A stretch of 57,543 bases of DNA, filler included, from Basidiobolus meristosporus CBS 931.73 (taxonomy: Eukaryota; Fungi; Basidiobolomycota), in NCBI GenBank assembly GCA_002104905.1. It is 3 parts of 3 records of this genome, joined end to end, with 100 filler letters (N's around TTAATTAATTAA, not from the genome) between each part and the next. Parts side by side here need not be neighbours in the genome. Positions count along the whole stretch, not along the records: positions 18,212 to 34,782 come from MCFE01001118.1; positions 34,883 to 57,543 come from MCFE01000972.1; 1 more part is not named here. One strand, written 5' to 3'. Position 1 is the first letter of the stretch, and every line of letters begins with the position of its first letter. The notes under the pieces are model-generated. The model made no database searches. It had not been told where the DNA came from and saw nothing but the letters and a program-made list of their open reading frames with translations. Position numbers and translations under genes: made by a program. Below, in pieces: positions 33,460 to 46,200 of the stretch.

Positions 33460-33733
33460 AATAATAAGAACTCAAAAGAAACAGAGTTTACTTTGAATTG
33501 CCTATAAATACAAAGACGCCAGCAATTCCAATAAGAATAGTCAGTATAAACAAAGAACTATTCCAGATTGAATTGAACCATTATTGAGCAAGTTGATTAT
33601 AGAATAGATTGGATTTGAATCTCAGTCGCGGAATTTTTCTTTTTTTTTTTCCTGGTAGTTCACAAGGAGGCAAGTGTAAAAGAAGTCAGGAATAATTGTG
33701 GTGCTTCCGTGTTGTTTATATACCTTAAGAAAT

Positions 33734-34263
33734 ATGTCTGATACTAAGGTGCCTACCGAGACTATAGAAAAGAAACCTGCCAACGCTCCTGCTACCAGAG
33801 TTTCCGGAAAAACTTGGAAGACAGCCAAAAACCGCTTATAGACGTTCCCATTTGCCAGCTGGTGTTCGTCAAGATTGGGCTGCACGTACACGCGAACGTC
33901 AAAGAATCCAGGCCGTCAAGGCTATTGAAAAAGAATTAAAGGACGAAAGCAGAGAATCAAAGAGGTATGGAATCGAATCTATCGGGGGTATAAAAACATT
34001 CCATCCACCGATTGAAAGTATGTCTACGAAAAATGCTACTTTACTCACCTTTGCTCTTGCTTTCCTCCATTTAGGAAGCGAAAATAGAGGCCTTAGAGCG
34101 TAAGAAGCTTCAGAAGAGAAAGAAAGACTCGAAAAACTTCAAGCTTTGGTACGTCTCCACGAATCACCCAAGATATGCACCAGTTTCTGAAGTAACTAAA
34201 CGCACAACTTTCCAACTATCAGGTTTCCGCCAAGAAGCTTCAGCGTATAGAAAGAAGGAAATG
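33734..34263 (+). CDS. CGR1: Nucleolar rRNA-processing protein Cgr1, spliced, apparent A-run frameshift at 33827-33831; 3' end uncertain
   Basis: RVSGKTWK followed by DWAARTRERQRIQAVKAIEKELKDE and SAKKLQR. Confidence 0.8.
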
Positions 34264-34678
34264 AGACAAAGAACCAACACAAGAAATAAGCTGAGTAGAG
34301 CCATCGTAGTCTATAGACATTTCTTCAGGAGCGCTGTTACCTCGTTTGTCACTCTTCATAGATCAATTTAACTGTGTGGTAACGTATACATATATAGTAA
34401 ACCATTTCTGCGGAAAAGACAGCGAACGTTCTGTTCAACTTTCTTTTTTCCTCATACATGTATTTAATTGAATAACTATTTGCTATAATCGCATGATTCA
34501 ATATATTATGCTGTTACTAGCGAGTACCTTTTTCCTTTAGGTTGTCCACTCAATGGATTGTTCTCATGGCACCATTAGTAGGAATGGTGACACTGGTTAT
34601 GCAACCAGCGAAGTTGAGCTTCGCTAGAGGTTTATACGCAGCTACCACAAAGTGTTAAAAACCACGGCGTATACGAAT

Positions 34679-34751
34679 GGGGCGTTGGCCTAATGGATAA
34701 GGCATCAGACTTCGGATCTGGGGATTGTGGGTTTCGAGTCCATGCGCCTCG
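34679..34751 (+). tRNA. tRNA-Arg, anticodon TCG
   Basis: 73 nt; acceptor GGGGCGT/GCGCCTC; D arm TGGCCTAATGGATAAGGC; anticodon arm TCAGA-CTTCGGA-TCTGG; TTTT terminator follows. The T arm has one extra T and one missing C versus consensus. Confidence 0.9.
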
Positions 34752-34782
34752 TTTTGCTTTTGTCACCCCTAAGTGGTTTGTT

Positions 34783-34882
34783 NNNNNNNNNNNNNNNNNN
34801 NNNNNNNNNNNNNNNNNNNNNNNNNNTTAATTAATTAANNNNNNNNNNNNNNNNNNNNNNNNNNNNNNNNNNNNNNNNNNNN
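34783..34882. other. Artificial contig linker (N44-TTAATTAATTAA-N44)
   Basis: Identical to the linker at 18112-18211. Confidence 0.97.
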
Positions 34883-36950
34883 TTTGCTGCAAAGAAGGAA
34901 CTCAGGTAGCTCAAGGTCACAGCCAAGAATTGAGCCATATCTCAATGTAACAGCAGAGGAACACCATACAGTCTTTGAAGCACAACAACAGTGCTCAAAG
35001 ATAAAGCCCACAGAAAAACCTATCACAGTGTGGGAGGGAGACAATGTGGTGTTTATACCAAAGCCTAAAAATGAAAAGACATTCAAGATCTGTGAAGCCA
35101 TCAAGTGCAATAATGAAGAGTGGGCTAATATTCAATAGGCCATCAAAAGTCTAGCACACCATCACCTTAAGACCATCATACCATGGGACCATCATGAGCT
35201 CAAGGCCAAGCAGAATTGTTGTGTTGTATTATGGTTAGTTTTTGGGGCTTGTTCTACAATGTAGAGGCTAATCAACAATATACAACAACTTCCAGTATAA
35301 TAATATGGAAATAGCTTATTGGGAGTTTGATATACCAATAGAAGATATAACTTTCACTAATATCCTCAATCTTAGGCTTAAAATATACTATAGGAGGTGT
35401 TTGTCACTTCTACAGCAGTGTTCTGACCTTCTGTTAACTAATAGGCTTATTTACTTTTATAGTAACTTTTCCTTATCTGGAAGTCACTTTCCTTTCTGGG
35501 AAAATATTTCCTATATGGAAATTCTGAACCCCCATTTAACCCTAAAGGGGTGTGTTGTAGAAGTCTCTAAAGGGTCTTTAGACCTAAAGGGGTGTCTAAA
35601 GGGGCTTCTTGTAATGGTCTCAAAAGTGGACTTTACACTAAAGTGGTGCCTAAAGGGGCTTCTTTAGAGCAAAGGGGTTTCTTAAAGGGGACTTTTCCAA
35701 CAGAAAAGTGGTAGTTTCTTGTAGAACTTGGATTGGATTCTTGTGAGCTTGGCAGTCTCTTTACTGATGTAGTACTGATCAAAGTCAAAATACTCAACAG
35801 TGCAGTGATGCAAGGGAAGTCTTATAACCTTTAAACTTGTAATTGTAGTGTGGAGATTCTGGAAAGAGAGGCTCACCTTTATTTTTCAGCTGAGGAAGTC
35901 ATACATATGAAAATTCTGAAGAATCAAAGTTTTTGGGTGATTGTGCAAGCAATACATGAGGTGCAAAGCTAAAATGTTGCAGTGGTGCAGATTGGACATA
36001 GGCACCGCACCTGTGAAAATTTCACTTGCTTTGATTGGCTGGTTCAAAAGTTGCATGCAATCAAAGTCACCATAGTAATCCTAGCAATAGTGGCCTAGTA
36101 TATATAATAATTGGTCTCTTTTGGTCATGACTCCTGAAGCACTGCTTCAAATGAGCTGTAATTTGAAACATGTGCTGGCAACTACAGGATGCACTTGACT
36201 TGTTCCATGAGCATTATCCTGGATTCAAATGGGCAAACAGATTTTGGGCCAGCATTGGTATGCTAAGGTTCTCACAAGGCCTTTGGTGGAATTCTGGAAG
36301 ATTAATAGGCACACCAAGAGGTTGCAGCACTTCTTCAAGAGCAGTGCTCAAGAAAACGCACTGGAATATTGCAAGAGTTTATTACAAAGACTGGCAGATG
36401 AGGAGCTAGACCTTGCAGTGCCAGCTGAAGACCAGGATGTGTGGGAACCAGTGAATGAACAGTGGCATAAAGCTGTTAGGTTCCTACCAAAGTTGTGGAA
36501 CCAGAGTGTTACAGCAGAAAAACTTATTGAGTGGTGGATTTTAATGGAGTTACTTGTTGAGTGTGGGGTTGGGCTTAATGCTAGTGTAGGGTATAGGAAC
36601 TTGTATAGGTCAATACAATTGGCAATTGAGATAGAACTGAAGCTTCAACAGAAATAAATCAATTTGTACGCATGAAAAGTTAGAGAAACAGTTGAGTCAG
36701 GAAGTAAGGAGTGTGAAAAAGAGGCAATAGCCAACCAATGCACACAAATGTTGGAGGCAATAGAGTGTCCAGGATCAGAAAGTGAGCAAATTGTCAGAGA
36801 ACCAATCAAAAGCCACTTGTACATTGTTGTGATGAAAAATTTTGACTAAGTTTTTTGTGAAATCTGGGGTGCAATTATTATTCAACAGTCTCTGGATGAT
36901 ATCCTGATGGGATCAGTACCTCTTAGTCATGGGACTTTAACTCTGTGATG
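34883..36950 (+). repeat. Decayed copy of multicopy unknown gene family X, interrupted by a solo LTR
   Basis: ORFs 34884-35138 and 36229-36657 match 44220-44789, 45520-45900 and 48500-48900 at DNA and protein level. Confidence 0.7.
35217..36186 (+). mobile_element. Solo-LTR-like insertion (970 bp) with imperfect 4-bp TSD
   Basis: TGTTG...CTACA ends; flanks GAAT/GGAT; splits the family X frame ELKAKQN|ALDLFHE; internal TATA-like tagtatatatata and clustered CTAAAGGGG motifs. Confidence 0.6.
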
Positions 36951-38021
36951 TGTTGTGATGTATTATGATTAGTTTGGGGCTTGTTCTACAATGTAAAGGC
37001 TAATCAACAATATACAACAACTTCCAGTATGCTTATATGGAAATAATTTATTGGGAGTTTGATATACCAATGGAAGATATAACTTTCACTAATATCCTCA
37101 ATCTTAGGCTTAAAATATACTAAAGGCAGTGTTTCTCACTTCTACAGCAGTGTTCTGATCTTCTGTCAACTAATGGGCTTACTTACCTTTATAGTAACTT
37201 TTCCTTATCTGGAAGTCACTTTCATTTCTGGGAAAATATTTCCTAATATGGAGATTCTGAACTCCCCTCTAACCTAAAGGGGTCTCTAAAGGAGTCTTTA
37301 GACTAAAGGGGTGTCTTTAGAGTAAAGGGGCTTCTTGCAGGGGACTTTTCCAACAGAAAAGTGGTAGCTTCTTGTAGAACTTTGATTGGATTCTTGTGAG
37401 CTTTGCAGTCTCTTTACTGATGTAGTACCAATCAAAGACAGAATACTCAACAGTGCAAGTGATGCAGGGGAAGTCTCATAACCTTTAAACTTGTAATTGT
37501 AGTGTGGAGATTCTGGAAAGTGAGGCTCACCTTTATTTTTCAGCTGGGGAAGTCATATATATGAAATTTCTGAAGGATCAAAGTTTTTGGGCAATTGCGC
37601 AAGCAATACACATAATACAAAGCTAAAATCTTGCAGTAGCGCAGATCAAACATAGGTGCAGCACCTGTAAAAATTTCACATGACTTGATTGGCTGGTTCA
37701 ACAGTTGCATGCAGTTAAAGTCACCATAGTAATCCTATCAATAGTGGCCTAGTATATATAATAATTGGTCTCTTTTGGTCATGACTCCTTAAGTTCTGCT
37801 TCAAATGAGCTGTAATTTGAAGCATGTGCTGGCTACTACGTGTTCTGTATGACATAATATTCTTGGGTGGATTGCCTGTCAGGGTTGGGAGTAATCATCC
37901 TTCAAAGTTGGAATTTCTTGATCTTTCATTTGTGTGTTACAATAGCAAAAAGCAAAATAAAGAAATGAGTGCAATATTGGTTTAGAGATATTGTAGTAAT
38001 GGAATACTTTCCATTACTACA
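36951..38021 (+). mobile_element. Second copy of the same LTR-like element plus ~180 bp extra, 4-bp TSD GATG
   Basis: 36951-37840 matches 35217-36186; GATG flanks both sides (36947-36950, 38022-38025); family X sequence resumes after it. Confidence 0.6.
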
Positions 38022-38089
38022 GATGGCCTTTTGACAGGATCATCTCAATTATTTTTCATAGGGAAGAATTTTGGGTGGAATCAGTTGCC

Positions 38090-41000
38090 ACAGCTGTATA
38101 ACTTTAAAACAGAAGTTATCACAGAACACTATGTGATTCTACTCCATTTGAAGCATGGCATGGATATAGATCAAGTGCAGAGCATCTAAGCATATTTGGG
38201 TGTACAGCACATCCCAAGAAATGGCTGGGAAATCAGTCAAAATTTGAGCCAAAAAGTGAAAATGCATATTTTTTGGCTACTGTAATGAGAGGCACATAGA
38301 CTTTACAATAGACTTGTTCTGTTGGATAGTGCCACATTGAGCCATGAGTGCCAAATGATGCCATAGTGTGCCAGAGAGGCCAAGTGAGCCTCTACCTGGC
38401 CACAGAGTGTGAAACATAGCTCTGCATCTTCATGCAAAGCAGCCCCTGTGTTTCACCCATTGTGTTGGAGAAAATCCATTTTTTGACCTTTTTTTTTGGA
38501 TCAATGTTGTGCAGGATGTGTTAGAGCACAAGCAGATTGAAGATATGCATCTGGTACTCAATACCCATGGCACTCTGAATCTAGCTCCTGTAGCTTTTAT
38601 CATGTCACAAAAATGAATGGCACTATCTTGGTCCACTGGTACTATCTGGCACTATAAGTGCTTTGTATAGATCTTACTTTAGGTCTAATATTTAAATATA
38701 GTGTCAGAGAGTACCAGTGGACCAAGATAGTACCATTCATTTTTGTGACATGATACAAGCTACAGGAGCTAGATTCAGAGTGCCATGGGTATTGAGTACC
38801 AGACGCATGTCTTCAGTTCTCCTGTGCTCTTAAACATCCTGAGCTACATTGATCCACAAAAAAAGGTCAAAAAATGGATTTTCTCCTGCGCAATGGGTCA
38901 AACACAGGGGCTGCTTTACATGAAGATGCAGAGCTATGTTTCACACTTTGTGGCCAAGTATAGGCTCACTTTACCTCTCTGGCACACTATGGCATCATTT
39001 GGCACTCATGGCTCAATGTGGCACTATCCAACGGAACAAGTCTAATACCAAAGCAAAGAAGCTGATCAAGTCTAGGGATGTGTTGTTTGATCAAAATTCA
39101 CATTTTCACAAAAAATGATATCATATGATGACAAAAATCTAATATCAAGCCCACCCAGTGTCAGGATTGAATCAGAGCAAAACAATAAAGATTTTGTGAC
39201 TCCAGAGCTCTCTACAGCTGTGGTTCAGCCTGAAGCAGTGCACAGGAATATCCTATGAGTGATCATATCAGCATCAAATGCCAGAGATCCAACTGGACAA
39301 GAAATAGTCCATATTACTATATCAGTAAGGTTACAACTAGGCCCAGGCTTATTCAGTCCAAATTTATGAGCACCAGAATGTAGAAGAGGCTCTAAATAGC
39401 CCTCAGACAAAGTTTTGGAGAACTACAATAACTGAGAAATATCAGGCCCTGATGGAAAATCAAACTTGGGACTTAGTTAAGTTACCAATCATCCTTAGAT
39501 GCAGACGGGCCTTTTAAGCCATAATACAAGGCTGATGGTACAATTGAAAGATACAAAGCAAGACATATGGCCAAAGGATACTCTCAAGCAAAAGGACTAA
39601 ACAATACTGAGACCATTGCATCAGTAGACAAGTTTAAATCCATCAGATAGATATGGGCTATTGCAGCCAAACATAGATTTTTTATCCATAAAATGGATGT
39701 ATAAGCTGTACTTTCAAATTATGAACTTGATGAGAACATGTATATGGACCAACCTCATGGTTTTGTTGACCAAGATAACCCCCATTTGGTCTGAAAGCTT
39801 AAAAAGCCTCTATCTGGACTCAAAGAATCACCTAGAGCCTGGAATATCAAAATAGTTTCTTATTTGGAATCTTTGAGTTTCAAAAGGAGTAATGCTGACT
39901 ATTGTATATGCTTTAAGCCAGATAGAGCAAGTCCAGCTGTATTAGCTCTACATGTGGATGATCTTATTATAGCCACCAAACACTTAGAAACACTGGAAGA
40001 GACTAAATCCAGCCTGTCTAAAGAGTTCAAGATGTCTATTCTAAGAGAACTCAGTTACTACTGAGAGATAAAATTCTCCATAGACAGAAGTACCCAGACT
40101 CTCCCCCTAAGCCAATCCAAGTATATTCCATTTATAATAAAGAAGTACCAAATGGAAGACTGTAAACCAGCAACTACCCCAATGGACACAAATCTGAACT
40201 TGGTCAAAACTCAACCAAATCAAGAGAGCTTGGTGCCATCTGAAAGCCCTGACTTCCCTTAGCAATCTATAGTTGGCAGTTTGATGTATATCATGCTTTG
40301 CACATGTCCAGATATCTCTTATTCAGTGGGAGTGGTCAGCCAGAATAATTAGAACTATAGATCTGATTGTATTGCAGCATTTAAGTGGATTCTTAGATGC
40401 CTAAAAGGAGCTGCTGATATTAGCTTGAGATCCACTTATAAGGATCTGGAACAGGATCTTGTGGAGTACTCTGATGCTGATTGGGGATAAGATCTGGAAG
40501 ACAGAATATCCACCACTGGATACACCTTTCTTGAATGTAGAGGAGCATTTTCATGGAATCAAGAAAGCAACCAACTGTAGCACTTTCTACCACAGAGGCA
40601 GAGTATATGGCTCCCTGTGAAGCCACAAAAGAAGCAATGTGGTTAATGAAGCTTTTTAAGACTTGGGCCTATGTCAAAAAACACCAATTTCATTATTTCA
40701 AGATAATCCAGGATGTATACAATTAGGTAGAAATCCAACTTTTCATGCCAGAACTAAGCACATAGTTATTTGACATCATTTCATACATGAAGCTATAGAG
40801 AATAACTTAGTTAGCTTAGTTGACTGTTCTATAGATGAAATGATTGCAGGCATATTCACCAAATCATTAGCCAGAGCCAAGTTTCAGTATCTAAGGTCAA
40901 ATTAGGACTAGTCAGTATGAACATTTAGTTGATTGGGAGTGCTGCAATAACTTGTAACTCCTCCAAGTATTCATCTAACCTAGTCACTTGGATCTTTACC

Positions 41001-41285
41001 TTCAAATCCAAGAGAATACTGACCAAATTCCTTTTTGGGATTTACTTAGAGTATATTCAGCAAAATATAAGGTACCCAGAACATTGAAATTAGATAATTT
41101 GTCAAAATAGCCCCAAGCTATGCACAAGTGTTCTTGGACCTTCCTAAATCTCCTCTGCATGTTTGCTATGCCAAGACTATATTAAAGTACAAATACTACC
41201 TTAACATTCAATAAATCATAAAGTGAAAACCAAATTTCTACTTGTTCTCCCAATAATATTCAATATCTCCAAGCTTCCTACAACA
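38090..41285 (+). mobile_element. Decayed Ty1/copia remnant (integrase C-terminus, RT, RNase H, 3' LTR 40940-41285)
   Basis: Broken frames STPFEAWHG, KKLIKSRDV, LALHVDDLII, YSDADWG, TVALSTTEAEY; purine tract before the LTR. Confidence 0.85.
38310..39043. mobile_element. Foldback/long-TIR non-coding element (734 bp), ~345-bp inverted arms, 3-bp TSD AAT
   Basis: 38310-38655 is the reverse complement of 38699-39043 with scattered mismatches; ends AGACTTG...CAAGTCT; removing it and one AAT restores the copia frame RLYNTKAKK. Confidence 0.85.
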
Positions 41286-41319
41286 AGAGTTTGGGACTGT
41301 TTAGTCAGCTCTGATAATC

Positions 41320-41660
41320 TTCATGTTATCGGTACCCAATATTTTTGGTGAAAATATTTAAAGTGAATTTCAACAAGAAATTTGGTCAATGTTCTGTGAT
41401 ATTAATAGGTAATCTTCTAAGTAACTAAGTTAGTTCAACACTTAGGTGGAATTATTAATTTTTTCAACACTCCCACTCAACCAAATGCTCATACTGATTA
41501 GCACTAATTTTGACCTAAGATATTCATATTTGTCTTTGGCTGATGGTTTGGTAAAAATGTCTGCAATTATATCATTTGAAGGAGAGTAAGCTAAGTTATT
41601 CTCAGTAGCTTCACATACAAAATAACTTCTAATAAGTTCTAGCTCTAGCATGCCCTATGA
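41320..41660 (-). mobile_element. 3' end of a second copia (RNase H tail, PPT, partial LTR), converging on the first
   Basis: IIADIFTKPSAKDKYEYLRSKL, then a purine tract and TGTTG start of the same LTR family. Confidence 0.7.
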
Positions 41661-44219
41661 AGAGAAATGTGGTCCTTTGCATGGATCCGATCCAGATCAG
41701 CATTCAAGATCCAAGAATGAGACCATCATAATGCCAGCAGCTTGGAATTATTGACCCACTTTACAATCCTATCATGGAGTTATGATGGTGTTTTGCCAAT
41801 TTTACTGCTAAATAGATAAGTAAACTTGATAGTAATTAGGCAGTGCCTCAATGAGACTTTGAAGGCATTCTGATAGTCTTATTGCAGCCTACATCTATTT
41901 GAGTGGACCCAACCAGCCAGTGAACACAAATGCCAAAAATGGACAAGAACTTGACGGTATTTTGATGACCTTTATGTGGCCAACTGTTGGCATTGTGATG
42001 GCGGTATAGCAGCCTACAGCTAGTACTTTTCAATGCTATCATATCAATATACCAAATGGTGTTTCCTTTTGCTACCTCCCTTTATGCCATTCTTATTATC
42101 CATTGTAAGATCACCCCAACTAGTTTACTTGCATGTTGTGCCCAACCCATCTTTGTGTTACTTAACTGCTTACCCACAAGTTGAGGCTGCTTAGCTTCTA
42201 AATGCCAAAGGCATAGGTGTCTCTGTTGTAAAATTTGGTAAGAAGTAGTAGTAAGTCCTCAAAGCACCCATTACTGATATTAGTGGAAACATGCCACTTC
42301 TCTAACCACAGCATCACATCATTCACCAGTAGTGGATTACTGGGCTCACTTGATTCCACAATGTATCCTTGTCATTTTTTCCATGGATGTTGTCTCATTA
42401 CATAATGGGATTTTGCCAGGCTCATGCAGGTTACAGATGTTGGGGAAGATAGGCCCACAGTCCATCAGTGAGCCTGCTTCTTCAGTGCTATCACTCTGCA
42501 TGCCATATTTTGAAGGCTAGGGTGAGCCTAAAGTTGTCACAAACTCTCCTGACTCAGTTTGCACAAGGTGAGAAGTATGGCCAAATGCTGTTATACAAGT
42601 ATCAAGTGGCTGGAACAATATTGTTGGTACAGTAGCGACCAATGAATGGTCAAATATGACTTGTGTGGCAAAGCACAGGCCATGATCCTTGTAATACTTC
42701 CTATACAGTCTGCATACTTCATGGATGAGAGGCTTGCTACAATAGCCACATGGTCTTTTTCTCTTCTCCTACGGCATTGAATCAAAGTAGTCTTGTCTAT
42801 GAGGCAAACAGTTTGTTGCTGTGGTAGTGCAGAGGTATTTATGGGAGAAGCTATACACCTCAAGGTGCGTGAGGTGTCTGATGGGTGCAATAACTTCTGT
42901 GTCTAAACTGCAGGTGTCTTTGTTTATATGTCATAATGGTGAAAGCTCCTGCTTCTCTAGCTTCCTAGATGCTCCAAGTGTCTTCAAAGGCCTCTGTGTT
43001 TCTTGTGCAATACCCTGAATAGCTCCTTGATGGCAAGTCTGAGGTGTAACTGATGAAGGTAGGTGCAGTGATCAATTGCTAATCAATAAGGGGAAAGTGT
43101 TACTGATAGAAGGGATGATTTATTGATGAGGGATTGACTTCCCTTTAGTACTTTTCCTGATTACCTAGTGATTACTAATGACAAGGTTCTAGAAAGTTCC
43201 TGCATCAGTGGAATTGTTGATGGCATCACTATGAGATAAAAATACTCCAAGAAGGTCCTGGAAGGTTCTAAAAGGCACAGCACATCCAACCAATCAGGGA
43301 TCAGTAGTCCAAAACTTGTGCAACATGGAGATACCATATATGGAATTGAAATGGTAGGGATGATAGCGCTGACCTAGGTCATGTGTCACAGGTACTGATG
43401 CAGGTACTTGCCTTATATAGATACATATACTGAGCACAAAGCTGAATAACACCTGGGATAACTAATACTAATAACTAATCAGGGTAAACATCATTTGGGG
43501 ATAATACTAAAAATATGGACAAAAGAAGAATGGGATAATACTGGTAAGATACAATATTTGACAAGTGCATCATAATAGCTATATGAATAAACTTGTCTGT
43601 GGGAGGTATATTTACCGTACAACAATGCTCAACAATGCAACAATATTATATCATTTTTTCAAAACTCATGTGAATTTGGGACAGTCTTGTATTTGCAACA
43701 TAGCACCTACATGATTGTAAGATTCAATGATGACCTGCTATAGTAAGCATTATAAACAAAGTTGTGGCACCACATACACACGTATATGTAACACCATTTC
43801 CCCTTTGGTTTGACTCACATTCATATATATGCCGCCAAATATTAAGCAAAGTTGTGTGGTTCCCAATCAAACCCCACCGCTGACAGCAGCAGAAGAACAG
43901 TTGGACAACAGCCTGCTTTGACATTCTGTGCAACAAGCAGGGCTACAAACAAAAAAGGCCCTGTACACAGTGTGTCCACTGAAGGTAATATAGCAGACTC
44001 CTCAGGCTCTCAGTCAAGTAGGTAACTGGGAATCTCTGTGGAGCTGCAGGCTGACCATATTGCTAAGGCAGATGAGAATGTAGCAAAAGCAGTACCCTCA
44101 GTTGATGACCAGCAAGTGCCCATCATAACATCACCACCATATATATTAGCAAGTATGTTGTCAGCTCATACCAAAGTATTAATGAGACAATTAGATGCAG
44201 CGGCTGATAGATAAATACA

Positions 44220-46200
44220 ATGGCCCTGAGAAATCATGAAATAGGCCAGAAACAAGATGGGCAGATAAAAGATGTAGAGCTATCAATATCCCAGGTAGAG
44301 AAAGCTGTATCTTTGCTGCAAAGAAGGAACTCAAGTAGCTCAATGTCACAGCCAAAAATTGAGCCATTTCACAATGTAACAGCAGAGGAGCACTATACAG
44401 TCTTTCAAGCGCTACAACAGTGCCTAAAGATCAAGCCCACAGAAAAACCTATTGTAGCATGGGTGGGAGAAAATGTAGTCTTGATACCTAAGCCTAAAAT
44501 TCAAAAGACATTGAAGATCTATGAAGCAATTGAGTGCAATCATGAAAAGTGGGCTAATGTTCAAGAGGCTGTTAGAAGTCTAGCATGCCAAAACCTCCAG
44601 GCTGGCATACCATGGGACCATCAGGAACTCAAGGCCAATCAGAATGTGCTTGACTTACTGCATGAGCAGCTTCTTGGATTCAAACAAGCAAACAGATTTT
44701 GGGCCAGCATTAGTATGCTAAGAAATTATCTCAAGAAAGGTAGAAACTATCAAAGGCAGAAGAACATGGGTGCAATGGCTAAAAACTAGTGGCTTCCTCA
44801 AGAGCCTGTCACAAGCAGGGCCAAAAGCTCCAAACAAGCATCAGAGAGGCATCAGATATCTAGAAGAGTGCCATTAAGGGAGTAGCAGGCAGATACAGAT
44901 GCACCAGAACAACATTTACCACGGAAAAAGTGTACTTCTACTAAAGAAGCACTCAGCCAAAGTAGCTGTGAAGGACCTGGCAGTAATATATACAAATGGC
45001 TACCTCAGGAGCCTGCCACAGCCTGGCCTAAGAGCTTAAAACAAGTGGAAAGAAGCATCAGGTTGCCTACAGAGTGCCAGCAAGGGACAAGCTGGCCAAA
45101 ACAGATGCATCAGAGCAGCATTACCAAGGAGAAAACATAGTTTGATACAAGAAGCACTCAGACAAAGTAGCAGTGCAAGGCCTGGCAGTGACAGAGGAAA
45201 AGGTAAAGGGGAAACAGTGTACCCAAGCCAGAGACAGGGAAGTGTTAGAGAAAGCTGCAGTTCTTGGCAATTAACACCGTAAGCCCAGAATAGACTGAAT
45301 CTCATCATAGCCAGGAAGATTTGCTAACAAGAAAACAACTGTTTTCACAAGAGTTAGAAGGGCAGCCAGTTGAGCTATAATCCAGTGAGGTGGATATGTT
45401 TGCAGAGAAAGGCAACCTTTCTACCACAGCCTTGATGTCCTCCATTGTTGGCAGTGTGGAGATCCCACTGACAGACAAAATAGCAATATTAAGAACTCAA
45501 AAGGTTATGGCAATACCTTTGGTGAAATCTTGGAACATTAATAGGCACACCAAGAGGTTGCAGCACTTATTCAAGAGCAGTGCTCAAAAAAGCGCACTTG
45601 AATATTGCAGGATTTATTGCAACAACTGGCAGATGAGGTACTAGACCTTGTAGTGCTGGTTGAAGGGCAAGACATATCAGATTCAGTGAATGAACAATGG
45701 CATAAAGCGGTAGGGTTCCCATCAATGTTACAGAAACTGAGCATTACAGCAGAAGTACCTATTAAGTAGTGGATTTTAATGGAGTTACTTGTTGAGTGTG
45801 GGGTTATGCCTAATATTAGTGCAGGGTATAGGGACTTGTATAGGTCAATCCAGTTGGCAATTGAGGTTTAACCAAAGTTTCAACAGAAATGAATCAATTT
45901 GTATGCACAAAGAATAAGAGAAATGGTTGAGTCAGGTAGCAAGGAGTGTGAAAAAAAGGCAATAGCCAATCAATGCTTACAAATGTAGGAGGTGATAAAG
46001 TGTCTGGGATCAGCAAGTGAGAAAATTGGCAGAGAACCATTTACACGCCTCTGTTGTATTGTTGTAATGAAGAGTTTTGACTAAGTTTATTATCATGTTT
46101 GGGGTGCAATTATTTCTTGACAGTCTTTGCACAGTGTACTGATGGAATCAATACCTCTTAGTCATGGGACTCAGAATCTGTGACAGCCTTTGGCAGGATC
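44220..46200 (+). repeat. Best-preserved copy of multicopy gene family X
   Basis: 189-aa ORF 44220-44789 plus a downstream decayed ORF; homologous segments at 20612-21020, 34883-36950 and 47290-48960. Confidence 0.7.
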
